From contig CAWKFG010000001.1 in assembly GCA_963848965.1 (NCBI GenBank), positions 579,181 to 643,180 on the forward strand: a DNA stretch of 64,000 nt, given 5' to 3'. Within the stretch, counting starts at the first letter, position 1, and each line of letters starts with the position of its first letter. Both the position numbers and the translations under genes were made by a program. Under the pieces are notes generated by a model. The model was not told the DNA's origin and made no database searches. It was given only the letters and a program-made list of their open reading frames with translations. This document shows, in pieces, positions 1 to 11,221 of the stretch. Source of the stretch: an uncultured bacterium (GTDB lineage Bacteria > Babelota > Babeliae > Babelales > Babelaceae).

Positions 1-293
1 GCTTTAGACTGCGTAAAGCGTCGTGCAGATTGTTTAATTCTATTAAACAGTTCTCGGCTTTCTGCAGAAAGAGCATGGCGTAATGTTCTTGGTGCTGGAG
101 TCACTGCTTGGTATCCTCCTTCAGATTTATAATAGGATAGGTACTCCTTAAACTTTTGTAGTTCCTGAGGATGTGCTTGTGCAAAATTATCAATAGCTCT
201 TTGAGTATCATATAAAACTTTAGAAAGAGATTCTCTACTAAAAGTTTCTCCAGCTGAAAGTATACATATACCTAAGATAAAATTTTTATACAT
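1..293 (-). CDS. Partial secreted hypothetical protein running off the left edge (MYKNFILGICILSAGETFSRESLSK...)
   Basis: Manually translated open frame from ATG at 293 to the window edge. AAGGGA SD-like site upstream and a signal-peptide-like N-terminus. Not in the ORF track. Confidence 0.7.
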   Translation of the reverse strand, partial: MYKNFILGICILSAGETFSRESLSKVLYDTQRAIDNFAQAHPQELQKFKEYLSYYKSEGGYQAVTPAPRTLRHALSAESRELFNRIKQSARRFTQSK

Positions 294-603
294 ATTATCC
301 CTTTCTTTTTTTTGCCTATACTATAGTACCATACTAAATTATTTTATAGCCAAATTGCAATATTTGAATGGGTGACAAGGAGAGCTTAGGCAGGCTATAG
401 TAATCTGCATTATTATGAAATGTAGCACCGTTTTGACTGGCGGGCATCGGCTATCATAAGCAATTTTATTATAGTTCTATTTTGCTGTCTGGCATAATCT
501 AAAGCAGTCATATTTTTACTATGTACAACTGGTACTTCGGTTTGCTTTTTTATTTCTTAGCATCGGGAATAGAAATACTCCACTAACATGCTACTATTAT
601 TTT

Positions 604-1635
604 TTACTGTTTTGCTCCATGCTTCTTAAGCAATTCTACTATTTCTTTATTCCCACATTGTGTAGTAATCATTAAAGCAGTATAGCCGTATTTATCTTGA
701 ACATTAACATCAGCACCTGCATTGATGAGCATTTCTACTATATCTTTGCTCTCATCATATACAGCAAATATTAAAGCAGTTTTTCCATCTTTGTTTTGAG
801 CGTTAACATTTGTGCCCTTAGCTATAAGTAGTTCTGCAACATCCTTGTGCCCTTTGCACAAAGCATCCATGTAATGTCCCCTTCTATACACAGCATCCAT
901 AAAAGGAGTTTTATCATATTTATCTCGAGCATCAATATTAGCACCATAAGACAGAAGTATTTCTATTATATCTTTTTGACCAGCTCGAGCTGCCCAGTGT
1001 AAAGCTGTATGCCCAAGGTTATCTGCGTGATGAATATTTGCCCCAGCCTTAATAAGCGTTTCTGTTATATCCTTATGGCCTTTTTGGGCAGCTCGATGTA
1101 ATGCAGTAAGACCATACTTATCTTGAGCATTACTATTAATACCTTTAGATAAAAACTCTTGTACTGTGTTTATATCTCCTTTTTCTGCTGCATCTATAAA
1201 CTCCCGTTGCCTTAAAGACTCTAAAGCGCCTGAAGTATTTAATTCTTGTGCTATATTTTTTAGTTCTTTAGAAGGATCTTTGCTAGATAATTCACTAATA
1301 AGGATACGATTAAAATTAGGGCTGTTGAAAAAGAACGCTAAATCTTTATCGTTGGATAAAGTTTGCAGCGCATCTATGGCATTAGTATAGTCTTGTGTCT
1401 TTATAAGCTCTAATTGTTGTTGTAAGGTATTAAGAGCTTGCGAACTTTTAATGTTTGCAGCTTCCCTTATTCCTTGCAACAACTCATCGATAGTAAGAAC
1501 ATTGCTTAAATTAGTAGTAAATTTAACAAGTTCTTGCTTCAGCTCTTGCGGTAAGAGTTTTAAATAGCTCTCAAGCTGCATTGCAGATAAAGGAAGGCTA
1601 TATCCTATTACCAGAGCTATCATTATTTTCTTCAT
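604..1635 (-). CDS. Secreted ankyrin-repeat protein (family member 1)
   Basis: MKKIMI...SAMQ signal peptide, YLKLLPQEL motif, FFNSPNFNRIL domain, then about 6 G.TAL..AA..G.K.I...L...GA.VN repeats. ORF track starts at 1650. Confidence 0.92.
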   Translation of the reverse strand: MKKIMIALVIGYSLPLSAMQLESYLKLLPQELKQELVKFTTNLSNVLTIDELLQGIREAANIKSSQALNTLQQQLELIKTQDYTNAIDALQTLSNDKDLAFFFNSPNFNRILISELSSKDPSKELKNIAQELNTSGALESLRQREFIDAAEKGDINTVQEFLSKGINSNAQDKYGLTALHRAAQKGHKDITETLIKAGANIHHADNLGHTALHWAARAGQKDIIEILLSYGANIDARDKYDKTPFMDAVYRRGHYMDALCKGHKDVAELLIAKGTNVNAQNKDGKTALIFAVYDESKDIVEMLINAGADVNVQDKYGYTALMITTQCGNKEIVELLKKHGAKQ

Positions 1636-1835
1636 TAGATTGTCTTTCAAATATCTTTATTCTACAAATTTCTTGTTCTTCCACAATTTAAATAATCCAA
1701 ATTTTATAAAAATTAATTTTTATTGCATGTTTATGTTCAATTTAACTTGATTTTGGTAAAAATGCAATAATTGTGATGTTTAAGAGATGATGCATTGTTC
1801 TGCTAGATAAACACGGGTTGTAAGAAGTAGTTTTA

Positions 1836-1927
1836 TTAAGCCCTTGCATAATCTAAAGCAGTCATATCATTACTATCTCGAATATTACTATCTGCGCCCA
1901 TATTAACAAGCATGATTACTATTTCTT
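1836..1927 (-). pseudogene. Ankyrin gene 3' fragment (KEIVIMLVNMGADSNIRDSNDMTALDYARA*)
   Basis: Manual translation matches the ankyrin consensus. A 22-nt piece (gcataatctaaagcagtcatat) also occurs at about 492-513. Confidence 0.65.
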
Positions 1928-2157
1928 CAAGCATTAATAGCACCTTGATACTTTAATAAAAGAGCTACAATAGCACACTGAAAGTTATCTTATGACGAAA
2001 ATGGGCAAACACAGCTGTTTCTAATTAATCTAATTGAAGGCTTAGATGCCATTATAAGTATCGACTTTGTTTTAGTTGACGCATGATAGTTGCTGCTATA
2101 AAATTTATAAGGAGATGTAGAAATAAGTAAAAATGTACCAAAATTGTTAAGGAAGAG

Positions 2158-3183
2158 ATGAAAAAACTCATATTAGTAGTGCTAGGATGGTCTGTTTCTA
2201 CTTTTAGTATGCAGCCTAAAACCTATTTAGATATTCTATCGCAACAGCTTCGACAAGAGATTGTTAAATTTATCACTGACCCACAAGATGTTTTTGCTTC
2301 AGAAAACGAAAACATAGCAAAAGAATTAAATACTTCAGGCGCTCTAGAATCTTTAAGGCAACGAGAGTTTATAGATGCAATAGAAAGCGAAGATATAAAA
2401 GCAGTAAAGGACCTTTTAGCTGCAGGTATTAATAGTGATGCTCAAGATATCTATTACGGGCTTACCGCTTTGCATTGGGCTGTTGGAAGAGAAAACAAAG
2501 AATTAGTAGAGGTGCTTCTATCATTTGGCGCTAATGTTAATGCTAAAGATGTATATACAAATACTGCTTTAATGGATGCTGCAGAAAGTAGTAAGCATAT
2601 ATTTGTTACAGACGTTAATGCTAAGAATAGACATAAAGATATAGTAGAAATGCTTATCAATGCAGGTGCTGATATTAATGCTAAAGATGGATATGGTTAT
2701 ACTGCTTTAATGAAAGCTGCATATAAAGGAAATAAAGCAGTAGTAGAATTGCTTCTGTTATCTGGCTCAGATGTTAATACTAAAAATAGTTTTGGCAATA
2801 CTGCATTAATGCGTGCCACTAAATATATATATGGTAATAAAGACGTAGTAGAAATGCTTATCAATGCAGGTGCCGATGTTAACGCTAAAGACAACTATGG
2901 TAGAACTGCTTTAATGTTTGCTATATTGTTTATCAATCATAGCAGTATAGTAGCGCTACTTATAGCTAAGGGCGCTGATGTTAATGCTCAAGATGGAATT
3001 GGCAATACAGCTTTAATCTATGCTGCAGACGATGGCAATAAAGATATAGTAAAAATGCTCATCAATGCAGGTGCTGATGTGAATGCTAAGAATAATGATG
3101 GTCAAACTGCTTTAATGGCAGCTAAGCATCGAGGCCGTAAAGAAGTAGAAGAGCTTCTTAAAAGACAAGAAGCAAAAGAATAA
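2158..3183 (+). CDS. Secreted ankyrin-repeat protein (member 2), lacking most of the family's helical N-domain
   Basis: Signal peptide ...FSMQ, YLDILSQQL, about 8 ankyrin repeats. Confidence 0.92.
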   Translation: MKKLILVVLGWSVSTFSMQPKTYLDILSQQLRQEIVKFITDPQDVFASENENIAKELNTSGALESLRQREFIDAIESEDIKAVKDLLAAGINSDAQDIYYGLTALHWAVGRENKELVEVLLSFGANVNAKDVYTNTALMDAAESSKHIFVTDVNAKNRHKDIVEMLINAGADINAKDGYGYTALMKAAYKGNKAVVELLLLSGSDVNTKNSFGNTALMRATKYIYGNKDVVEMLINAGADVNAKDNYGRTALMFAILFINHSSIVALLIAKGADVNAQDGIGNTALIYAADDGNKDIVKMLINAGADVNAKNNDGQTALMAAKHRGRKEVEELLKRQEAKE

Positions 3184-3214
3184 AGAGCTATCTTCCAGGG
3201 CTTTTAATTTTTTC

Positions 3215-3316
3215 TTCCGCTTCAAGGGTTACAATGGTACCATGATCTAATGTAAGCTCCTTCATTGCTGCTAAAAGAGAGCCAATTTCTCTGTGCTGAG
3301 TTTCTCTCATCCTTTA
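3215..3316 (-). pseudogene. C-terminal remnant of an AAA_14/DUF4143 ATPase of the 16038-17351 type
   Basis: Translates to REIGSLLAAMKELTLDHGTIVTLEAE, versus REINSLLIAMKELKVGYGTIITLEEE in 16038..17351. Confidence 0.75.
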
Positions 3317-3581
3317 AGGAAATTATAATAATTGGTACTAATATTTGCCTCAGAACTTCTAAAAAACATAGAAATATGACAAGTGTTTATATGCCTATCC
3401 TTGCAAAATCATGTAGCTCTAGCTCGGCAAAGTTATATCCTTAAAACCATCTTAAAAATGAGCAATTACTGTTGTTCTCATCGAGCTTATCAAAGGAAAT
3501 GACGCTATAACTATTGCTTTTATTTTATTTTATGCATTATAATTGCTAATATAAAATTAATAAAACTCTGGGGGAACAAAA

Positions 3582-4779
3582 ATGAAAAAACTATTAATTA
3601 TAGTGTTAGGGCGGTCTGTTTTTACCATAGGTATGCAGCCTGAGACTTACTTAGATGTCTTACCACAAGAGCTTCAAAAAGAACTTATTCAATTTACTAC
3701 TAGTTTACAAGACATACGTACTTTTGAAGAGTTACAAGAAAAACTAAATGAAATACAACAAAAGGCTGTGCATCTTAAGAGGCTTTCTTCTTTAGTACAA
3801 GCTCTTAACAACCTACAACAGCAACTAAAATATATAAAGAATGCAAACTATACTAATGCTTTAGCTGCGCTGCAAACTTTATCCAAAGATAAAGAATTAG
3901 AGTTCCTTTTTAATAATCCTGATTTTAATCGTATTCTTATTAGTGAATTATATAATTCTTCAGCGCCAGAAAATATATTAAAAGATCTAAATACTCCTGG
4001 TGCTTTAAAATGGTTGAAGCAACTAGAGTTTATAGATGCAGCAGGGAAAGGAAGTGTAAAAGCGGTAAAAGAGTTTTTAGATGCAGGCATTAATAGTAAT
4101 GCTAAAAACAAAGATGGTTATACTGCTTTAATATATGCTACATCTAATGGCTACAAAGATATAGTAAAGCTACTTCTAGCTAAGGCAGATATTAACGCCA
4201 ATAACTATGGGACCGCTTTACACCGAGCTGCTGTAGCTCGGCATAAAGATATAGTAGAGATGCTTCTTAATAAAGGAGCAAATGTTAACGCTCAAGATGG
4301 TTTTGGCAATACTGCTTTAATAATAAGCTGCGTTGGGACATAAAGATATAGTGGAACTACTTATAAATGCAGGCGCAGATGTTAATGCCCAAGGTTATTG
4401 CGGTAAAACAGCTTTAATAGAAGCTGTGCAAAGAGGAAATAAAGAAATAGTAGAAATACTCATTCAAGCAGGAGCAAATGTTAATGCTCAAGATTATGAA
4501 GGTCTTATTGCTTTAATAGATGCAGTAAATAATGGACATAAAATTATAGTAGAGATGCTTCTTAAGGCTGGTGCAGATGTTAATGCTAAAGATAAGATTG
4601 GACGTACAGCTTTAATGTATGCCGCTTTGCACGGACGCAAAAGCATAGCAGAACTACTCATTAAAGCTGGTATTGATGTTAACGCTCAAGATAATGATGG
4701 CCAAACTCCCTTAATGATTGCTATACAAAGAGGGGATAAAGAGATAGCAGAACTACTTAAAAAACATGGAGCAGAATAA
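3582..4779 (+). pseudogene. Secreted ankyrin-repeat gene (member 3) split by a +1 frameshift near 4325 (ORFs 3582..4343 and 4333..4779)
   Basis: Removing one A from ataataagctgcg restores NTALIIAALGHKDIVELL. The downstream frame ends with the family tail LLKKHGAE. Could be a sequencing error. Confidence 0.8.
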
Positions 4780-4862
4780 ACTACACAACTTTAATTTGTG
4801 CTGCCGCTACAAGATATTTCTTGTTCACATTCAAAATACTATTGTACAACATGGCCGTTTCA

Positions 4863-4917
4863 TGTTAAATTTTAAACAGAGAATGGTCAAATTTTGAACA
4901 GTTGGTGGTCAAATTTA
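4863..4917 (+). promoter_or_regulatory. Three 22-bp-spaced operator-like boxes (tgttaaattttaaaca / ggtcaaattttgaaca / ggtcaaatttac)
   Basis: Boxes start at 4863, 4885 and 4907, directly before the ATG at 4920. Conserved at 11164-11219. Confidence 0.6.
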
Positions 4918-4919
4918 CG

Positions 4920-6149
4920 ATGTTTCATAGAAATATAAAAGAAAAACTAGAAAAAGCTCTTTCCTTTAGCCCTGTTGTGCTACTTACAGGAGCGCGTCAG
5001 ACAGGGAAGTCAACCTTAATGACAGCAATTGCGCAAGAGCATAAATACTCCTTCCATACTTTTGATAGCCTAACAACATTGGCAGCAGCATCGAGTGATC
5101 CTTCTGGCTTTATAGCTGGTATCCAAAAACCAGCAATTTTAGATGAAGTTCAACGAATACCAGAGATATTTTTACCTATAAAGCATGAAGTAGATCAAAA
5201 TAGGCAGCCTGGGCAGTTTGCTCTTACTGGATCTGCAAATCCACTCCTTATTCCCACACTTGGCGATACCCTTGCAGGCAGAATAAGTATTTTAGAATTG
5301 TTTCCTCTGTCTCAAGGAGAACTTTTAGGCGTTTTTGATGATTTTATAGATTTTGTATTTGGTGATACATATCCAGCTATAACTAGAATCGCAAGAAAGG
5401 ATCTTATAGAAAAAATAATGGTTGGAGGCTATCCAAATGTTCAATTACTAGATGAGGAAATGCGAGATCAGTGGTTTGATAATTACATTACAACTGTTTT
5501 AAAGCGCGAAGTAACAGAGCTTGCAAAAATTGAAGGCATAGTTGAGTTTCCTCAATTATTGCGCCTTTTGGCAACACGTGCGGGAACTATTTTAAATGTC
5601 TCAGAACTTTCTCGTGCAAGCATGCTGGTTAACACTACACTTCGTCGCTACCTTGCACTTCTACAAACCGTATTTCTAGTGAACTTTTTACCTTCATGGG
5701 GTATTAATTTAAGTAAGCGATTGGTGAAATCTCCAAAAGTATATCTTGTAGATACCGGTCTCCTGAGCTATTTATTGGGTATCAATCATGATAGACTTTC
5801 TGTCGATGTCACCCTAGTGGGCAATCTCTTTGAAAACTTCGTAATAATGGAGCTCAAAAAACAAGCGACCTGGTCAAAACGACGTGTTAATCTTTATTAT
5901 TATCGAACACTGGATGGTATTGAAGTTGATCTTGTACTAGAAGATAAGGCAGGAAACATTGTAGGCATTGAAGTAAAAGCATCAGAAACAGTAACTGCTG
6001 CAGACTTTAAGGGTCTTAAACATATGCAAGAAACCTATAAAAATAGATTCCTAAAAGGAATTGTATTATATGCAGGCAGTGATAATGTTCCTTTTGGCAA
6101 AAAACTCTTTGCATGGCCTCTCTCCTGCCTGTGGGCAAAACCTGCTTGA
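4920..6149 (+). CDS. AAA+ ATPase, AAA_14 + DUF4143 family, with C-terminal PD-(D/E)XK-like motif
   Basis: Walker A GARQTGKS, Walker B ILDEVQ, LTGSA, GGYP, K..KVY..D.G, EVDLVLE...GIEVK. Confidence 0.92.
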   Translation: MFHRNIKEKLEKALSFSPVVLLTGARQTGKSTLMTAIAQEHKYSFHTFDSLTTLAAASSDPSGFIAGIQKPAILDEVQRIPEIFLPIKHEVDQNRQPGQFALTGSANPLLIPTLGDTLAGRISILELFPLSQGELLGVFDDFIDFVFGDTYPAITRIARKDLIEKIMVGGYPNVQLLDEEMRDQWFDNYITTVLKREVTELAKIEGIVEFPQLLRLLATRAGTILNVSELSRASMLVNTTLRRYLALLQTVFLVNFLPSWGINLSKRLVKSPKVYLVDTGLLSYLLGINHDRLSVDVTLVGNLFENFVIMELKKQATWSKRRVNLYYYRTLDGIEVDLVLEDKAGNIVGIEVKASETVTAADFKGLKHMQETYKNRFLKGIVLYAGSDNVPFGKKLFAWPLSCLWAKPA

Positions 6150-6178
6150 CAGATTTTACATAATGTATCAATAATTTT

Positions 6179-6207
6179 TTGACTTAATTTCAAGCATTAA
6201 TTATAAT
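6179..6207 (+). promoter_or_regulatory. Sigma70-type promoter of ankyrin gene 6241
   Basis: TTGACT-17 nt-TATAAT, 33 nt upstream of the ATG. Confidence 0.6.
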
Positions 6208-6240
6208 TAGTGAGATAAGAATCAAACAAAAGGAAGTAAG

Positions 6241-7068
6241 ATGAAGAAAGCACTAGTTATAGTACTCCTAGGATGGTCTATTTCTCTAGTGGGTATGGAG
6301 CCTAAAACTTATTTAGATCTTTTACCTCAAGATCTAAGGCAAGAACTTGCTAAATTCACTACTACTTTAGAAGGCATATATACTTTTGATGAGTTACAAG
6401 AAAAACTAAGTGAAATACAACAAAATGCTGTGCATCTTAAGAGTCCCTCTTCTTTAGTACAAGCTATCAATAACCTACAACAGCAACTAAAGACTATAAA
6501 GAATGCAAACTATAGTAATGCTATGGCTGCATTACAAGTTTTATCCAAGGATAAAGAGTTAGAGTTTCTTTTTAACAATCCTGATTTTAATCGTATTCTT
6601 ATAGATGCATTACAGCAAGAGAACTATACTGAAAAACTAGAAAATATAGCAAAAGCTCTTGGTACTCCAGGTGCTTTAGAATACTCAAGGCAATTACAAT
6701 TTATAAAAGCAATCAAAAAAGGAGATATAAAAGCTGTAAAAGAGTTTTTAGATAAAGGTATTAATGTTAATGTTAAAGATGGGGTCAGCAATACTGCTTT
6801 AATGATTACTGCCGAAAAAGGACATAAAGATATAGCAGAATTACTTTTAGCTGCAGGCGCAAATGTTAATGCTAAAGACATAGGTGGTTCTCCTGCTTTA
6901 ATGCTTGCCGCTTTGTACGGAAGTAAAAGCATAGCAGAGTCACTCATTAAAGCAGGAGCAGATGTTAATGCTCAAAATGTCCGTGGCAGAACAGCTTTAA
7001 TGCATGCTGCGGACTATGGCTATAAAGAAATAGTAGAACTACTTAAGCATCATGGCGCACGGAAATAA
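6241..7068 (+). CDS. Secreted ankyrin-repeat protein (member 4)
   Basis: Signal ...VGME, YLDLLPQDL, FLFNNPDFNRIL, about 4 ankyrin repeats. Confidence 0.92.
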   Translation: MKKALVIVLLGWSISLVGMEPKTYLDLLPQDLRQELAKFTTTLEGIYTFDELQEKLSEIQQNAVHLKSPSSLVQAINNLQQQLKTIKNANYSNAMAALQVLSKDKELEFLFNNPDFNRILIDALQQENYTEKLENIAKALGTPGALEYSRQLQFIKAIKKGDIKAVKEFLDKGINVNVKDGVSNTALMITAEKGHKDIAELLLAAGANVNAKDIGGSPALMLAALYGSKSIAESLIKAGADVNAQNVRGRTALMHAADYGYKEIVELLKHHGARK

Positions 7069-7544
7069 CTTTCTTCATCCTTCTGCCTCAGTCACCCCAA
7101 GGCTCCAAGGGTATTAAGACTTTTTAATCCTTTAGAGAGAGATATCAATGATAAGACATAAATAATAATTCTATTAAAATCAGGTTTCTTTAATTCCAAA
7201 GTATGAAACAGTTAGGCGAACTTTTTTGGTTAGCGTTGAAAAAAGGCTTAAATTCAAGCATATTTCATGTCCGAAAAGCGCACATTGCAGACATGCAGCG
7301 TTTTAGAATTCTACCCGACTCATTGTTTTAAGTGTTTATTTTTATTCTGCTTTACATGAGTTTGAATGTTGCCAGAAAGACAGAGAAAGTCGTATAAACT
7401 TATAAGCGATCCAAGGCTATAGCGCCCCCCCTAAACCATTTACTGCAAAATTGAAATAAACAATCCAAGCAACCCTAGCGACTTTTTACAACGAGAAACA
7501 TGCGCCAAATGGTGCCGTATTATAATTATAAAAAGCTTTTTATA

Positions 7545-7626
7545 ATTATAGACAAAACCATTATTGCTTAGCAAATATTCATTTATAGTTGATTTGTGTG
7601 CGCATGAATCTTATAATTATACGACG
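7545..7626. repeat. About 80-bp diverged direct repeat; second copy at about 8875-8952, flanking ankyrin gene 7724..8710
   Basis: cattattgcttagcaaatattcatttatagttgatttg...ttataattatacgac versus cattagtgcttagtgaatactcgtttgtagtggatctg...ttataattatgcgac. Confidence 0.65.
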
Positions 7627-7723
7627 CATCTGCCAGAAACTTTACTTCCTTAATTCGATTGGTAACTGGCAAGAGACAAACAAATTATAGGACTCGTATC
7701 ATGCCTTAAAGCTCATCATACGA

Positions 7724-8710
7724 TTAAGAGATCATTTTGCTCCATGCTTTGAGAAGCTCTACTACATCTTTATCTCCGCGAAAAGCAGCTATGATCTCAG
7801 CGGTATTACCGTCTTTATCTTCAGCATTAATATCAGCACCTGCATATATAAGTAGTTCTACTATATCTTTTTGTCCCTTTTCAGCAGCAAGCGTTAAAGC
7901 AGTATCTCCATTCTCATTTTGAACATTAACGTCAGCACCATGGGTTATGAGCATTTTTACTATATCTTTACTTCCTGCGGTTGCTGCCCATATTAAAGCA
8001 GTATTGCCATACTCATCTTGAACATTAACGTTGGCACCTCTAGCTAGTAATAAAGATACAACTTCTTTATGTCCGTTCTTTGCAGCTTCACGTAAAGCAG
8101 TCCTGCCGACTACTATATCATCTTGAGCATTAATATTAACACCAGCATCTAAAAAGTCTTTTACTGCATTTATGTTTCCTTTTTCTGCAGCATCTATAAA
8201 TTGTAATTGTCTTAGATATTTAAGAGATCCTAGTGTATCAATTTCTTGTGTTATGTTTTCTGGTGCTTTAAAAGGATTTTTATAATATAATTCACTAATA
8301 AGAATTTGATTAAAATCAAGATTATTAAAAAGGAATTCTAAATCTTTATCTTTGGATAAAGTTTGTAGCGTAGCTAAGGCATTATCATAATCTGCATTCT
8401 TTATAAGCTCTAGTTGGTCCCATAGGTTGTTAAGAGCTTGTATTAAACGAGAAAGACTCTTAAGATGCACAGCTTTTTGCTGTATTTCATTTAGTTTTTC
8501 TGGTAACTCATCAAAAGTGTTTATGCCTTCTAAATTAGTAGAGAATTGAATAAGTTCTTTTTGAAGCTCTTGAGGTAAAAGCTTAAGATAGCTTTCTCGT
8601 TCTTGAGCTGGAAGCTCCTCTGAAGGCGTAGGCCATAGCGATGAGGGATCCTCCATGCTATATATATTGATACAAAACATTACAAACGCTATCCATATTG
8701 TTCTTTTCAT
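7724..8710 (-). CDS. Secreted ankyrin-repeat protein (member 5)
   Basis: Signal ...YSME, short linker, YLKLLPQEL, about 5 ankyrin repeats. Confidence 0.92.
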   Translation of the reverse strand: MKRTIWIAFVMFCINIYSMEDPSSLWPTPSEELPAQERESYLKLLPQELQKELIQFSTNLEGINTFDELPEKLNEIQQKAVHLKSLSRLIQALNNLWDQLELIKNADYDNALATLQTLSKDKDLEFLFNNLDFNQILISELYYKNPFKAPENITQEIDTLGSLKYLRQLQFIDAAEKGNINAVKDFLDAGVNINAQDDIVVGRTALREAAKNGHKEVVSLLLARGANVNVQDEYGNTALIWAATAGSKDIVKMLITHGADVNVQNENGDTALTLAAEKGQKDIVELLIYAGADINAEDKDGNTAEIIAAFRGDKDVVELLKAWSKMIS

Positions 8711-9488
8711 AAAGGCTTCCTTGCTTGTTTTATTTTTTCAGAACTCTTGATCATGTTAAACTATTTATTGCAAAATAGCAACACCCCGACCAGTGCCTAG
8801 GCTTATTTTTCACAAGGAGAAACCACCACCCTTTTGATGTCATATTCTATACAAGAAAAACATTTTTCACCTACGAGCCAAAGACATTAGTGCTTAGTGA
8901 ATACTCGTTTGTAGTGGATCTGCGCAAGCATTAATTTTTATAATTATGCGACTCGATTGAAAGCTACAGAGTTCTGCTATATTTTTATGTCCTTCTTTTG
9001 CAGCTATCATTAAAGCAGCAACTCCGTTTAATATTACCCTGGTTGCATTTATACAAAGACGGTTGGATCATGTGTATTTAATATAGAACTACAACTACTA
9101 GAGTTCGTAAAAGATGTACCTAACAAGTTTACCAAAACAACAGAAGATAGACGCTCTAACTGAATTGAATACAACCAGAATAGCTATGGAGATCTTTTAT
9201 CTTAAGTTACATGAGCCCGAGCCGCATAATTATAAATTACAACAAAACAACAAACGCATTACAAGGCATGACCATTCGCGTTTCTGTATTGGGGCTCATT
9301 ATCATGTCCTACGGACTTGCTTTATTTGAATTAGAGTGTTTATGTTAAAAATGTCGATTGTATGGCCTTTTTAAAAACCTTCACTCTAAAATATGCCATC
9401 TTTAACTCTGCAAGGATTCTTATAGCTGTTATCGCTATTGCCGTTAGCAACTTCTGCTTCGAGGAGCATCCTCATTTCTTTATTTCTT

Positions 9489-10934
9489 TCATTGCAAAGC
9501 ATATGATAAAATCGACACATCTGTATTGTTTTCTTGAGCATTTATAAGTAGTTTTACTATCTCCTTGTAGCCGAAGGATACTGCCCAATCTAAAGCAGTT
9601 TTACCCTCTTCATCTTGAGCATTAATATTTGCACCAGCTGCTAGAAGTAGTTCTACTACATCAGCATTCCCTTTATTTACAGCAAATATTAGAGCAGTTT
9701 GTCCCATACATTTTACATTAACATCAGCTCTTGCAGCTATATACATATCTACTATCTTCTTATATCCTCCATGTATAGCCTCTATTAAAGCAGTCCAGCC
9801 ATTATTACTTTGAACATTAACATTTGCGCCTGCAGCTATAAGCATTTCTACTGTATCTTCATATCTCTCTCTTGCTGCAATTATTAGAGCAGTCTGGCCA
9901 TTTATATCCTTCGCATTAACATCTGCCCCTGCATTTATAAGCATTGCTGCTATCTCATTATGACGATCTAAAGCAGCATGAATTAAAGCAGTATCACCAT
10001 ATTTATTTGCAGAGTTAACGTCTGCCTTGGCTTTAAGAAGCAATTCTACTATATCTTTGTGTCCAATAGTTACAGCACGCATTAAAGCAGTAGAGCCATT
10101 CTCATTTTGAACATTAACATTTGCGCCTGCAGCTATAAGCACTTCCACTATCTGTTTATATCTAAGCATCTCTGCCATATCTTTATACACACGGTCTACT
10201 GCACCTATTAAAGCAGTCCGGCCATGTAGATTTTTCGCATTAACATCTGCTCTTGCATTAATGAGCAGTTCTACTATTTCTTTGAATCCACTACCAGAAG
10301 CATACATTAAAGCGGTTTGGCCATTTAAACCACGAGCATTAACATTAGTACCTTTATCTATCAGCTCTTTTACCTTTTGTGTATCCCCTTTTTCTACTAC
10401 CTCTAGAAATTCAAGGTACCTTGCAAGCTCTAAAGCTCTGGCAGTAGCCAAATTTTCTGCTATATTTTTTGGTCCCACACCTAGTTCTTCAGCATTTGAT
10501 TTATGCCAGAGGCTATCTACAAGAATACGGATAAAATTAGGATTATTAAAGAAGAATTCTAACTCTTTATCTTCTGATAAATCCTTTATTAAGGCTAATG
10601 CATTAGTGTAATTTTCTCTCTTTATTTGCCATAAACGATCTTCCAATCTTTCAAGAACCTCTGCTGAAAGAGATGCTCGAAGAAGAGAAATCCCTTGTAT
10701 TTCTTCTAACTTTCTCAACAGCCCATTAATTGTATTAACATCAGATGAACCACATAGGTTAAAAAGAAATGTAACGAGCTCGTTTTTAAGTTCTTGAGGC
10801 AAAAGGCTTAGGTATGTTTGTTCCTGCTTTCCTTTTTTTTCGGCTTGTTCTTTAATGTCTTCGCTTTCTTGCTCCATTGTTAGAGTTGTGATACTCCATC
10901 CTATTATAAGCATCATTATTATTGTTTTCTTCAC
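9489..10934 (-). CDS. Secreted ankyrin-repeat protein (member 6, about 9 repeats)
   Basis: GTG start, signal ...LTME, YLSLLPQEL, FFFNNPNF, long ankyrin stack. Confidence 0.92.
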   Translation of the reverse strand: MKKTIIMMLIIGWSITTLTMEQESEDIKEQAEKKGKQEQTYLSLLPQELKNELVTFLFNLCGSSDVNTINGLLRKLEEIQGISLLRASLSAEVLERLEDRLWQIKRENYTNALALIKDLSEDKELEFFFNNPNFIRILVDSLWHKSNAEELGVGPKNIAENLATARALELARYLEFLEVVEKGDTQKVKELIDKGTNVNARGLNGQTALMYASGSGFKEIVELLINARADVNAKNLHGRTALIGAVDRVYKDMAEMLRYKQIVEVLIAAGANVNVQNENGSTALMRAVTIGHKDIVELLLKAKADVNSANKYGDTALIHAALDRHNEIAAMLINAGADVNAKDINGQTALIIAARERYEDTVEMLIAAGANVNVQSNNGWTALIEAIHGGYKKIVDMYIAARADVNVKCMGQTALIFAVNKGNADVVELLLAAGANINAQDEEGKTALDWAVSFGYKEIVKLLINAQENNTDVSILSYALQ

Positions 10935-11221
10935 TTTATTTGTTCTTTCCTACTTCTATACCGTATAATTTTATTGTAGATCAACGTTCTCTTTATATGT
11001 TCCAGCACTATTAAAAAAGGTAGAGCAAAATGGCTCAACAACACAATGCAATCGCAGAACTTAGATCTTTTAACGCAATTATTTATTATACCTTTGATTT
11101 ATAACTATGACAAATTCAGCAGCACTATTTTTAATGTAGAGTGTTGTATAAATTACCATTATGTGTTAAAATTTTAAACATGCAGAGGTCAAATTTTGAA
11201 CATTTGGTGGTCAAATTTACG

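Noticed and set aside
9114..9547. ORFs 9114..9329 and 9362..9547
   Set aside because: No recognisable motif or SD; they lie in a debris-rich intergenic region.
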